From: Tubulanus polymorphus
Taxonomy: Eukaryota; Animalia; Nemertea
Assembly: GCF_964204645.1 (NCBI RefSeq)
Contig: NC_134030.1
Coordinates: 7,296,778-7,360,777, forward strand
Length of the DNA: 64,000 nucleotides
Reading direction: 5' to 3'
The translations under genes were made by a program, and so were the position numbers. Shown here piece after piece: positions 23,247 to 36,968 of the stretch (within the stretch, counting starts at the first letter, position 1; each line of letters starts with the position of its first letter). The notes under the pieces are model-generated. The model had not been told where the DNA came from. It did no database searches and saw only the letters and a list, made by a program, of their open reading frames with translations.

Positions 23247-24940
23247 AACTCCAGAAGTCTAGATTGTAGAGATCGTTTAGAACCCACTTACGTGGGAAAG
23301 GCAATTTGAACTGAATCATTTGATCCTGGTGACTTCCAAACGTGAGAGTACCCTATTGTGTATAGCGAGTGACCTTCACATCATTGACCTCTGAGTGAGT
23401 CCATGTTCACAGAAAGTGCCCGATCGTTAGAAAAATTTTCTCTAAAGATATATATTAAGGATCTCTGATGGGATTTGACACCCACCATTGTAGTTTTATC
23501 TATTTCAACAGGTGCATATAAGTGGTCATTGTCGGGCACCGCAGATCTGAAATGAAAAGGTCTCTTTATTATATGTTATAAGAAGTGGGCGTCGACTTCT
23601 GGAATATATCATACCGCGAATGTAATCTGTAAGTCACGTTCTACGATAGATAACTGCATTATTGTCGAGGTGGATGAGATACCTGCGAAATTACTTCTAA
23701 ATTCGACTCACAACATCGCGTCGAGCGAAGTCATCAAAGTTGTCGGAATTAAATACAAAGTTATACAATTGGTGAAGTGTAGCATTGCACAATACACGGT
23801 GTATAATAACCTGATGCAACCTCGGGCAAAATCTGCACCAACTCATCACCATCACGTAAATCTGATGAATAGCTCGTGGAAACGGACGGTATTATAATAC
23901 CATAGGCTCCTTCGTTGTGAAGTCGAGATTTTCTTTTCGCAAATCGAATCCGACATCGTCGACAACGCCGTCGAAATGAGCACCCGAGGAGGTGCTGGTA
24001 TACAGCGTTCGGTTCGTGTCTGCTGCAAGAGCAGCACAGAAATGTTGCCGCGAGTCAAAAGGAAATATATTCTACGATTCCACGCTACGCATCAGAGCCG
24101 CATCTCTGCGCCATCGAGTACAATAAGAGAACTTGAGACAGAAAGAGAGATGGCCGTGTCGTAACAAAGCTTTCGGTCGATCTCGAATGCGTTATCGAAA
24201 ATTCTATCGAAATTGCAAATTTCAGTAATAACGCGGTCGCGCGTACAATCCGTAATATGTTTAGAAAAAAAACTAAGCAGCTCGGCGTAAAATTGATCGA
24301 TACCAATTTAATACGATACATTCAATAAATCACAGTTCGAACAATAACTACTGGCTGCAGTCGCCGACCCCTATTTTCAGATAAATTTCATAGCATATCA
24401 TCGCGAAATCTCGGCACGATTCATATCTTAATGTAATAGCTTAGCGGATTATAGCAAATTTTGAACGTAAAACTTTCAAAATGTAAATGAGGAGATTACA
24501 ATGGCAAAACCGCGTACAATTCGTTCGTTAAATATTTAAATTTGCGATGCCTGCTACTGGCGATGCTTAAAACGTATCCTCTTTCACGCGACGGAAGGAT
24601 TGATGCTAATGTTTCGAGCGATCCAAACGCAATACCGCGTCGTCATAGAACGCACGGCACTTTGATCGAGCAAGAATGAAATATAACAACCTGTAATATT
24701 ACACCAAGATCAAGGATCATTATCTAACAATAAATTCAAAATTCTGTGAAGTTCGACATATATTTTACGAAAAAGCATTCATTGAAAAAATGGGGAAAAA
24801 ATCAATGCACCGTAGGTCGAAAAATAGTATAACTCAATATCGATAATACGCGAGGTGTTTTTGATGACAAGAAGCCAACAAGTACATACGATTGATTATC
24901 CACTGATGCAAAAGTTTCAGTAGGGATAACAAATCTACAC

Positions 24941-25616
24941 TAGGCCACAGAAAAAAGATCCTTCGTTTCACGGAAAAGCCCTCCTATCAGGATTTTTTTT
25001 CTGAATTTTTTCAAGTATTTTTTCATTTAGTATTTAGTATTGAATTCCACTGTTATATGGACGTATCTATATACAAACCCTTTAAGCATACGTTATTAAG
25101 TAGAGTATATCTGGATTTATAAGTTCATGAGTATATCGAGTGAGTAACTCTTATCGCAGTTGAACGAAAACAGTTCTGTGTTTATGCAATCTGCAGCGCC
25201 ACTAGCGATCAGAAAAAAAGTAACTTTTACAGACGATATCAAAATGATGATAACCATGTGATCCGTTCGTTGCCACCGGTTGGCGCTTGGCTGTCAATGT
25301 TTCTTGGTTAGTTCATCTGACCATCGGACCCGGCAATCAAAACAAGGGTTTTGTGTTTGGCGAAACATCAACGATGTGGGTTTCGGCTTTGCCCTGTATC
25401 TCGACGCATCTGATGTTCGATTTCTGGTGACAGCCGCCAAGTGAACACGTAAAATATGAAAGGTATAACGGCTTTCGAAAAAGCTTTCGAATAAATTACA
25501 AAATTGTAAATTTGATTGAAAAAATTTCACTTTATTTCTATCTTCCCCCATTTCACCCGATTTTCGTGGATAAAAATAGAGCTGCAATGAGAAACAAAGC
25601 ATCTCTTTTGGCCTTA
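24941..25616. mobile_element. Non-autonomous DNA transposon with AGGCC...GGCCT ends
   Basis: Left TAGGCCACAGAAAAAAGATCCTTCGTTTC versus reverse complement of right end TAAGGCCAAAAGAGATGCTTTGTTTC. Confidence 0.5.
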
Positions 25617-28600
25617 TCTGTAAATGTTTTTTTTTAGTCGAAATTCAAAACTCCAACTGCGCCCGAACTATATGTATTCAACTTGATAGAGAGTAAAAAT
25701 CAATCCGAAGCCATGTGGAAAAAGAGATTATTTTGCGAACCTTTCCACGATAACTGGTGAACTGGTGCGCAGATAGTAACCATCAAATGAAATTCAATAT
25801 ATTTTGTACGCCGTTTTCCTCCTAGAAATCGATGGATATTTCTATCACTTGTTAAGTTTCACCCCGCGTGCACCACGAAAACATTTGATAATGCAAAACG
25901 CCCGATGATGGCTAATAGCATTTAGCCGAAACGTTGCTGGCACCATGCGAACAATCACGATCCAATGATTGTTCACGATACTGCCAAAGTCTCGCGAGCA
26001 GATTACACATGACGGATAATTCAATGCAATTCAATTCAATTCAAAATGACTCTTTATTGTATTTAAGATCCTTACGGATTGAGGCATACAGAGTATAAAA
26101 AGAAAGTATAGGAAACGTACGGCTTGAAATTGATTTACCAACGCGTTTGATTTCACAAACAGTGTAAAATCCTTTCAGACTGTAATTACACGATAAGATC
26201 TGAAATTCGTATTTCTTCCATTATACAGGTAACAAAGCGATCGATGATAATTGATAAAACGATAACACTGAACAACGACTGATTTGGCCCGGGGACCTCG
26301 CTTCTTATCATATATCACACGTATTCGATAAACGTAACGCGTGTTATCATTATTTGTGTAGATACTTAAAAAGACACACTACACTTAGCAACACCCTTGA
26401 AAATTACCAACTTCAATAAAGTGAAAAACCCAGAATAAAATTAAGAAAAAAACTATCTAACGCTTCGACTCAATTCTATGAGCCATTTTCAAAATTATTT
26501 CACTGATATCGTTCAGTCTCGTGTCTATGGAAACCTACTAATTTCAAGTATATCAGTTGGGACGTAAAACCCTACGAACTAAAAAACATCAAAGACTGCA
26601 ATACGTTGATGTCGCAGTGCATCTCATGGGCCCAATCATTTGTTTTTTAGATGATGTTTTAATACGTATGTTTGTCTATATCATCATACAATTGATATTG
26701 TCAGGTTGATTTAAATTATCTCATCTTCCTAATCTGAATAGTACGGATGCAGTTTTCAGTGTTCGGCGCGAGTGCGACCGAGTTTTCCAGCGCATTTTCC
26801 CGTTCGCCAAATATCTAACATATTTATCAACGCAGGGCTAAGTACGCTCTCGTGTGGGAGCAACTCGTGTGCGGACGCACTTTACGTTGCATTTATCGTC
26901 AATGCGCATGCGTCATTTCTCAAAAAACGGATGATAGCGGCTAGTTTGTCAATGTAAGAAAAGAATATGCTGGGATTCCTAGTGTGGACATTCTCGATGC
27001 GCCCCGTGTTACAACGAGGCTTACGCTCTTAGATTAAGATATTCTACATAAATTCAAATTTGAATACCTAACTGAAATCGTGTCACTATTCAGAATCCAA
27101 GGGGCCAAAATAACAGAAACAAACCCAACAATTATACATAGTAACCGCTAATAATAGAGGAGAAATCAATAATGACATCACCGAGGTTAAACTTCGTTCA
27201 GAGATGGCACATATTCTGATGTAGCTTTACTTTCGCAGATGCAGATGTACTTTTAATAATTGGCTGAAAATTTGATCCAGGTGAAATCTAACGGATATAA
27301 ATACACCGGAACGATAAATAAATCGAATTCGTAATTTCGTTGTTTTTTTTTTTAGTAAATTTCTTGATAATAATATAACCGCGCAATTCTTTTGAGCCAT
27401 CGGATCAACGACGTCGATACTCGGGGGTTCGTCGTTTATCACACGAGCGAACACGCCCTTAATTTACCGCGGGGCTCTCGATTCTTACCGTTAGTTCTGG
27501 TAAATTTCCAACAACGCCGACGGGGCTACACCAACCAGCCTATCGCGTTTGGTAAAGATGAAACATATCGTTCCATGATAATAAATGGCAAAAGAAAGGA
27601 GCAACATCGCGATACGTAAACATCAGTGGGATATTTTTGTTAATTATACACTGCATATTATACAGATTTTGCGATCAGTCATTGCGCAATACAGTAAGAA
27701 ATATATATACAATACGATTTGTACGAAGTAAATAACGCCTGCCTGCAGCGTTCGAATCAACTATTTCAGTTGATTTTTAGTCGATAAATCCAGGTAACAG
27801 CTCCAGGGTGAGACAAGTGTAGAACTTTCTATCTCCAAGAATCATCTCGGTTACACACCAATTGTTCATGCCTCAAATCGAATGGGCGATGCCCGCGGCG
27901 ATGTTTCGCCGGAGCGAAACTGCTGACAAAAACTTTCCGACGACAATTTCATACGGTTCATTTACGTCTCTGCTATATTTGATCATTTTGGAAAAAAAAG
28001 CGAAAAGTCAATTTCTGCAACCGATAGGAACTGGTGATACTAAATGGAAGTCTTATGTAATAAACGAGACGACCGTGCAATTATCGTGTTCACCGAGCCA
28101 TCGACCTAGAATTTGAAGAAAAAGAATCTCATCCATCCAAAAATGTTTGTTTTGTCTCATTACCTACGTACCTAAATCTTGATTTCCTATCGATAGTCAA
28201 CGGTTATTTTTAAAGAGATCGTGTAATGTTATCGTCAGATGAATTATAGGCCTATCGGAATTACGTTTGATAAAACAACATAGTTGATTGACATACCTCA
28301 CAGCCAATGGGTTGGGTTAAGCTTTGGCGGTTCAAAGTGTCCTTGTCGGACGCTGCAAAAGTATTGATTAACAAGCCTGATTGTCCACAATGAAGTACAC
28401 ATGCGAGCATTTGATTGGACCAGATTCTAGCACTTTTTCTAATGTTTTCGAAGATTTGTATAGCTTTGCTGCTAAAATATTGCTCCTCGGGGCAATCAAA
28501 TTCAAAATATGAGCTTTCATCAGGGAAAACTGCACTTAGACATATGGGCTGGGGCCTAGCCACCAATAAAGGTCTGTAGCCATGTGTTTCATTCATGAGA

Positions 28601-29310
28601 CGATGCAGTATCGGGAGTCACTCGCAAGAATGATTTACAGTCATTGCATATCCTAGTATAGTTTTTAAATCCTGTATTACAATCTTTAGTTATCATTTCG
28701 CTAGGCGATTCACGAGCTCTGACGTTTGGATTTATATTTTCGTAGAGTTTTCCGTATCTGAAAGTGTATATTTCTGCAGGCAGCTGGTTAAGCTATATAT
28801 CTCTGAAGCACGCGTAATTCGTCCTCAGTTTTATTGATTGTTCAATGCTGTTTATCGCGAATAACGAAGAACTAGTGACATGTTACAATTTCAGTGAAGG
28901 CAGGTGTGTCCAGCACAGAACCCGGATAATTTCCATGCTTATCATTGCCACCTGGTTATAAATCATTTTGCCGTCACACGTTTGCAATAATGTAGATAAG
29001 AGTTATGTTACATCAGCACGAAACAAAAGCCTCTGGAAGCTAGTCGCGCATTATTAAACAACATAGGGCCCGTTTTATAGCACATCGGTTAGCGGTAATA
29101 ACCTGAACACAATCATGATTAGTTCGTGCTTTCTCATCCTCAGAAGCCTCAATATTCAACAGGGAAGCTAACTTGAGAAATTTATGACGCCTTGAAGAGA
29201 AAAGACACATATACATTGTGTAATATTGTCGACAATTAATAATATATCGATGATAGTATTCATGATCAATAAAGTTACGTTGAATTTGAGTATATCAAAA
29301 ATTGAATTTA

Positions 29311-29903
29311 ATTGAATTGACTGGCAACCAGTCTAGCCCATCTTCACCCGTCATGGGATTCGAACCCACTACGCTAAAGCTGTTCCCCGAACCCCTTGAC
29401 CTCACGAGTCGTTGGAGTCGTTACTAGCCGACCAGAATCCGGTCGTACCAATCACAGCGCTTGTAACAAACCGTCAGTAGACTTCTGTTGGTTTTCCCGT
29501 TAAATTGACCAATCAGCGTACGTTTTACCGAACAAGGAAGTATTTTGCAAATGGATATATGACGTCACGCGCAACAGCGCCAATAATGAAATCACGCTTC
29601 GTGAGACCAGGGGGCTGGTGGAAGCGAGTTCGGGAGTGATACCGGACCCCTGGCAAGCGAGGATGGTCTAGCCCCGACATATTGATAACGTTGTGCGCAT
29701 TCTCTCAAAAATAATTAAAAAATAAGAGTCATGAAATTACTATTTACAAAATAAGTGCCAGAGTTCACAATCGTAATTGTTATTTTGGTATGCCAATATT
29801 GGTGACGAAGTGCACACAACGACTCAACATTGAACACGTTGAAAGACACATAGTAGTTATCAGTGTATAAAAACATTATTGTAACGGTTTTTACAGCGTC
29901 AAA
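29311..29903 (+). repeat. Dispersed repeat family, copy 1 (host of the hAT insertion)
   Basis: Shared GTCTAGCCCCGACATATTGAT...GACGTAGTGCACATC-like...AACATTAT...GTTTTTACRGCGTCAAA with 39691-39970 and 54640-54785. Confidence 0.85.
29339..29665. mobile_element. Non-autonomous hAT-type element, 327 bp, 8-bp TSD
   Basis: TSD GTCTAGCC at 29331-29338 and 29666-29673; imperfect TIR CATCTTCACCCGTCATGGG / CCCCTGGCAAGCGAGGATG; uninterrupted site at 39716-39723. Confidence 0.88.
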
Positions 29904-32900
29904 CAATTAATCCAGGCTCCAGTTTGCAAAAGACCTCTGGATTTAATGAAAGCAAGTTTACCTAAAATTAAAATAACCATATAGCCTATAGGGTCTGTCT
30001 ACTTGAGGGTCGATTTGAAGTCATCCAATAAGATCCTGGCAACACAACGCAGCAGATCGAATTTTGTTTTGATATACGGGGCCGTGAATGTATTTTTGTA
30101 TTTCTACATTTCCCAAATATGGATTGGAAAAAAACTGAAATTTCGTCGCATTTTTTGTAGTCGTAGTTACGGTATTTACGCCCGTGGTGAGCACTTCTAA
30201 AACTGCTCTCAGATTTCCGATTGAAAACCCCGAGCAAAAAGCACGCTGTCAGCAAAATAGCGAATTTTCATTCGACATAGGATTTCGTTGAAAAGTAAAC
30301 TTTTATCGAACGGTTCAAGCGCAAGAAATAATGGACTGATGTCAAATCCAGATTGTAAAGAAAAACATTGCAGCTACCATCAAGTTTAGGTAACCGTCAA
30401 AAGCACACGCATCGCTCTCGAATCCGGTATGCCAACATACGCAATTAGGTACTGCGCTTGCGGGTTTAGACCCTTTCGCCTGTAGTTAAAGGTATTCGCA
30501 TTAATGACGGCTTTTCAACGGCGGGTACCACTCGAAATGCTCACCGTGCGCTTTCATTAGATCAACAACCGGACAAAAGCAGACAAAGCGCTTCATTGCC
30601 AGGCAACAAACTCATCACCGGCGAAAGACAACGGCCAAACCCGGTTATACGGAATCCGGGCACAAAAGCGGAACGCTCCGAGTGGGGAGCAAATGATACA
30701 GGCCTAATTCGATTCTCATACGGAATGAGATGACGCGCATTGTGCGCTAATCACATTGCAACAGCGACAGCAAATAAACGTGATTCATTTTTGCCAGGTA
30801 CTGTATGGTGACAAATCAGGCGCATAGACCTGTAGGTATTTGGATGGGGCGTTTCCAAACAGTACTGGTAGCTGGTTACAATTTTATTGCCACAGATGCA
30901 GTTACGATAGTAACCTAAGTTCTACATTGCAAACACTTTTTAAATGCAAAATTAATGTAAGAGGGTGCTACATTTCATCTTTTAAGTGCCATCTATATCC
31001 ACCAATGGCATATTGCCAATCTATAGTCAGACACTTCAGTCTTAGATATGTTTGTTACGTTTTAAAGTCATCTAGGTTAACCGCAATGTCACCTCCGATG
31101 GCAAAATATTTATCCGATATGAGCCATACATATTCACTCAGATCATGTTTTTACTAGTATGCCAGAAGCATTTATGATATATCAAAACATGATGAAAACG
31201 TACATCGATTTCGTTTTGAGTTCATGCCTCGGTATTGTGATTTTCAATTGTTCGCCTAAAGCGTCCAACTTGATGAGGGCTGATGACGTTGACGGGCGTA
31301 GAGCTATCAAAATGCAGTCAACAAATTGCTGAAAGTTGCTACGAGCCATATTGCGAAATATGCAATAAACAAGATAATCACACCCGTGAAATGTAATTCC
31401 AAAGAAGTTGATGATTCTGTATAATCACCGAGAAAGGAGATGCTTGTTTGTTGGTGTTTGTAATTTGTTAACATTACGGAGCAAAAGAATGTGCTCCTAG
31501 CAACGCAACTGTGGCAATAGAGGATTCTACTTGTGGTAAGTGAGGATCCCCCAGGTTCGCTAGTAGTTATCTGGTTATCCTAGCTGACTTTTGTCTTACG
31601 TTGATGAACTATCGATGAAAAACTATACCAAACATCAAGGAGAATCTTTCGGTGCAATAATTGGATAAGACCAACTGCGTTATTTATGTTATCTGGTGAC
31701 TTTTGCATCCATCCCATTGTAGGCACGATAATTGACGCTTTTTACCATCGTTCCGAAGTTCTATTTTCACATACAAATAGTTCACAAAAGCTTATTGGAA
31801 ATTCACCAGTAAACACGATTTTTTTGGAGTAAGAGCTTACATTTACTTCGTCATACATTATTCAAGCCCACGAGATAACCGAAACTCACGACGGAAAAGC
31901 AGATCTTCAGCGCGTTTGAAAGCCAAGGGGACAACAATTTTTTCTATTCGTCATATTGTTTGAATATTACGGCATGTGAAAACGGGATCGTCTGCCAAGA
32001 TGAAACCGCGGACTAAGTTCATGTCATTTCATTATGAATAATTTAGGCCACCCGCGTTTGACTTTCGACGCTTCGTGGTTTTACGATGAAATGGGCAACG
32101 GACAAGCTACAGTTGCACGTGGGTCATCGGGGACTTAAATGAATTAGATAGAATTGCGTGTATAAGGATTTTTTGGAAAAAATAATTGTATTGTCTCAAC
32201 TTTAAGGCATTGAGGAGCGGTCTTCTGCTAGGCGCATAGACAAAATATCAAATCAACAACTTTTTTAATATAGACCATGTATATAAACATTGGAAATTCA
32301 GGGATAAAAATACGAGAGTATACCTTTACGCGTAATTCAAGAAAGGTAGAAGACTCAAAGGGGATATCGAGAAACCAGTTATTATAAGGGAGTTTTTCGA
32401 ATAGAATATAACCTCGTCAGAAATCGTATAATAAGAGGCTGATAGGATGCGGATAATAAATAGTGCGGCGAGAAAATTACACTAATTGTGCCTGCACTAC
32501 AAATATACAGATATACAATATACAACTGCACTGTGTACAGAGTGTATAGATTTGGGTGTAACTTTTTTCGTCGTATAGTCCATTAAAACTTTTCTAATAT
32601 AGAAAACATAATATCCAGGGAAAACCTTCAACAATCGACAAATGGATTCGATAATGATACGTTTTACCGAAGTTTACGAATGTTTGCGTACCGTACGTCA
32701 GTGAAGTATGCCGCCATTCGATGGAAGTAAAGCATTTAAATGTCGTTTTCGGTTGTAAATTGGAACAAAATGTACCGGATTTAATGATATCTGAATTATT
32801 TATAAATGTTAGTACAACATATTCGTCATTTCTATACGCAGTGCACGGGTGTATTCGTGACCAGTGGCGTATTATACTGTATATTTCAAACGCTGTGATG

Positions 32901-34589
32901 TTTGAAATTGACTGATTCAGCCAACCTTTGTCATTCCCTACATCTCTTCGGGGGGTGGTTTGCATAAAGCGAATTTTCGATAACTCGGCACCTGTAAGAC
33001 GATACGACGAACGTATATTTAGTTCAACAATTGATAATTCATTTTTGATATCCGTGCCACATTTTCAAGTTCCCGGGCAATTTTTTGCAGGCGCTTTTCA
33101 TTTCTGGAAAATTCTTCTGTTTTCAACTGTAACGCATTTTCGCCATTGTGCGTGCGATATTTTTCGACTAGAATTGATTTCAGTCATTGCGCTAGGGTGA
33201 TATCAAATGCTTGAACATGACACAATGAGTTCAAAGTTACAACGACGCATGTAGTATTTAAAGATTACTGAGAATAATGTCAAAAATATTCACAATGAGA
33301 TACCAGTATATTGGATGGATTCCAGTTACACAGTCCTGACTTGAGATTGGTCTTAAATCCAAGCTATGACATGGGCAACCGGAGACTATACAAGCAAATG
33401 AAATTGTTTGTCCATAAATGATGGCAAACTTTCAGATTTCATTCGAACTCATTCTATCCGTACTTCAAGCAAATCAGGACCAGTATTACACGATTTAGGA
33501 TGCGTATTGAACTTATCTATCTGTTGCATTGGTGGGCCCCTTTTTCATGGTCGAACTGGACACAAGATAGAAAATGTTAAGGTTCGTTTCTCTCGCAACC
33601 AAGTATTGAAGTTAAGATGTATACAGGAAATCTGTGTCATAATGGTGTTCTATTATGAATGAGTCGATAACGAGTGAGATAAAGTAGAACCTCTTCGATT
33701 TTATCAAACGCTGAAATCGAGCGTGCTGAATCGCTCAAAAATGCGTGGATGTGACCTTTGAATAATAACGGTTCTGCGACCAGAATAAAATCAATACAGC
33801 CAATGTATATGAATAGCATTTCATCTTTTTACCTAATTATGTATTTAGCTAACATGCCCTATCTTTTTGCCAGAATGCCAGTACACTATTGAATTTGTTC
33901 TTTGATTTAAACAATATATGAAGAATTTGTCACATTTCTCCACAACATTTCAAATTCGAACCACGATATGAAAACGTTAAACTTCACCCGATAGCTATGT
34001 ATCGATCTTTGAACGAAGAATAAGAAAACCTCTTCGTTTCATCATATTTTGCAATATTATATTTACATCCGAAGGTAGAGAGAAAAAACTTTTGTTGTCG
34101 TTGTCTGAGGAAAAATTTGCTCAACTCACGACGATTTAATAAATAGGAAAACAAGGTAAACAGTTTTCATATCGATCGATATTTCACACAGCGCCGAGAG
34201 CGGATATACATAAAGTTTTTAAACTCTTTCGAGAATATTCTGGCTTATATACATACATAGGTATATATTTTTAAACTATACGCCCGTTTAACGTCCGCAA
34301 ATTAGATTAAACCTGTACTGTACCCATCGGCTTTCAAACTTTGAAATGAAATAATCGATGCTCAGACAATATAAATCAAATGAACTTATAGATTTGCGCA
34401 ACGAACAACACAGGCGAAGCTCTCAATGCGCTCCAGTTCGACTTGCATATATACTTGTTCTACGTTATTCTGAGATGTGTAACGCTATAAATCAACTCGT
34501 TACTTCACCGGCTCTGTAGAGATTAAAAGTATTTCAAAAAGAGCGTGAGTAAAAATACCACGAAAGGAGACCAGTAAACGAATAAACAG

Positions 34590-34933
34590 ATCGTTCCATT
34601 GCAGAGTAGAATTCCACGTAGAGAAGAGTTGTGGAAGTGCCGTGTAAACCTAGTGTCGAATAAGTAAACGCGAAGATCGATATTACTTAAAAGGTTATCG
34701 AAATTTATTATAAGTACGAGCTTTCGCTACTAGTGCATTTAGTGGCTTCACCGGGTAAGCTCATAAACCTGGTAAAGCTACTATTCATTATAGTAGTAAA
34801 AGCTCGCACTTAAAATTAATTTCGATAACCTTTTAAGTACTATCGATCTTTGCGTTTACTTATTTGACACTAGGTTTACACGGCACTTCCAAAACTCTTC
34901 TCTACATGGAATTCTACTCTGCAATGGAACGAT
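34590..34933. repeat. 344-bp foldback (near-perfect long inverted repeat, MITE-like)
   Basis: 34590-34732 is the reverse complement of ~34791-34933 with scattered mismatches; the central part also folds (TAGTGGCTTCACCGGGT / ACCTGGTAAAGCTACTA). Confidence 0.93.
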
Positions 34934-36174
34934 TACAATCGCGCGAATGCAAAATTTATTAAGTTAATTATAATCAGTCTCAAATGTCGATTACAGAAAA
35001 TCAACCGCGCGTAAAATCAATAATCATAAGACTTATTAATTTTTCATTACGCTCTGCTGCTTCATTCATAGCTGCCTTTGACTGATAACTAATGGATTAA
35101 CAGGGGTACAAAAATACCAGACAACTATAACCGAGAACGAAATCACAGAGTACAGAATAGTCTACATCAAACCAAAGCATCTTCAAACCAGGCGGCACAA
35201 ACTTTAGGCAGACGCCATACTATCAGCTTCGGATACCTTGCGACGGAGAAATTGTAGATCTAGGTCCCTCAGCTGGTGGCCGGCGACAATTTACTATATC
35301 GTTCAATTCTTATTACACCCGAGACGCGAGAAACGATTCGTGATTTATTGATTCAGATTTTGCCCGCGACGCCACGAGAAGAAAACGCCATAAAATCCTT
35401 CAATTTAACGAGTCTCATTATATCGCATTAAACGCGAATTGTTTTAGAAATGGACGATTCTTTATGGCCGCCAGTTTCTTAAATTACACGGTTAGCGGCC
35501 ATTATCACGCGTTTTACGCCGGCATATTGCGGCCGATTACCGGCTTTTATTTATGGCCGTTTTTATTCGCCGCGTGTAGGTATTACGCCTCGCTACAATA
35601 AGCAAGAAACTCGCGGTAATCATAATAAGAACAATTCACATCAAATATACGAGATTTATTAGATCGATTTCATTTTCAAGTTCAAGGGCGATGAGTTTGG
35701 TGTGAATAAAGTAGCCATGGCGGTGTTATCCAGCATCAAACTGAGGTCTTCCTCGTGCACATTTCCTTCTTAAATTGCAACCAAATATACGATTTTGCGA
35801 TGCTGTATTGATTTAGAAGAAATCATGCAATTTGCCTATTTTAAGAAAGATAATTTTTTTCAATCATAACGCTTCTACTTTAGTAGTTTCGCCTAAATCT
35901 TCCTATTATTGATTATGCAAATTCAAAACATTGATCTACATTGATCGGTCTGGACTCGTCGAGCAAAGTCTGGGCAACGATATCGCCATTAATTCCCCAA
36001 CTTAAAAAGTGAAAATCACTCGCAAAAGAATATACCCACAAACATATCAATATATCATGAGAAATGATGATGATGTACGATACGATCAACGCGAAATAAA
36101 AATAGATAAATCAAAAAGTGCAAGTTTCACGTAGCAGTCGACACCGGATCTCGACGGACGATTTAGAATATTTT

Positions 36175-36281
36175 ATGGCGCGATCATTCATCATTATTAT
36201 ATTCGAAGTTCGGAGACAAATCTTCATCGCCGAACAGGCGAGAAAATGTTTGATTTGTTTCGACATAAATCAGTCTTACAG
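36175..36281 (+). CDS. Candidate alternative first coding exon (MARSFIII...QSY, phase 2; or MFDLFRHKSVLQ from 36246, phase 0)
   Basis: Perfect donor CAG|GTAAGT at 36281; two ATG-initiated open frames reach it. Confidence 0.35.
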
Positions 36282-36521
36282 GTAAGTGGATAATAACGGT
36301 ATTATCAACAGACACAGTTTACCTCGGCTATTAACGTTATCTACAGCGGTCCAGACACCGGCAGCGCGTGTGCCTGTAGTGCGCGCCGCTTCGTGCGCAA
36401 CCGTGTGCGCATCTAATCCATCCAATACACTAACAAAACACTTATAGAGCAACAGGTTCAGACAACAGTTGACTAGGTTGGTAAATATTCTGCTTATTCG
36501 AAATAAAGTGTAATCCCAAGA

Positions 36522-36641
36522 TGCACAGTTGTGACATGAGTCCAAAAGTGATCTCAAAGTCTCAAGACTGTGGTCTTAAGTTGTAAGAATAGCTATAAAA
36601 CTAAGCGGTCTTAAAGATAAGCCATGACTGCGCAACTAGCC
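36522..36641. mobile_element. Degenerate copy of the 2762-2888 MITE family (inverted)
   Basis: TGCACAGTTGTGAC...TCTCAAGACTG...GTCTTAAG...CATGACTGCGCAACTAGCC. Confidence 0.6.
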
Positions 36642-36873
36642 GATAAACTGCTTACAGAAACAGGCCGTCCAGACAGAACTAGGTAATCTACCGAAAGATT
36701 TTGAGGGAGGAAAATAATTTCGTTTAAAAGTTCTTATCAATACTCAGTTATATAGGACCGTAGATGCTGCTACGACCCGAATATTCCACCGATTTGACCC
36801 CCAGAGATTACTGCCGCAGCAATAATGAACGCGTATAAGTAGGCTATTAACGCATCCGAGCGGAATAACATTA

Positions 36874-36968
36874 ATGACCGCCGAAATGCTCGATTTTAAC
36901 GTATCGGCTACCTTAAGACGATTCCCCGAATCACCGAGCCGGCAAAACCGACCTCATCAGTCCAAAAG
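36874..36968 (+). CDS. Candidate alternative first coding exon (MTAEMLDFNVSATLRRFPESPSRQNRPHQSK, phase 2)
   Basis: Open from ATG 36874 to donor AAG|GTATGA; CpG-rich context. Confidence 0.25.

Noticed and set aside
24921-24931. Partial I-SceI site TAGGGATAACA
   Set aside because: Only the first 11 of 18 bases match contiguously; no other vector-like sequence.
34748-34770. miR-36-like sequence TCACCGGGTAAG
   Set aside because: Only the seed region matches, it sits on the 5' arm of a short hairpin, and it lies inside a MITE-like foldback.
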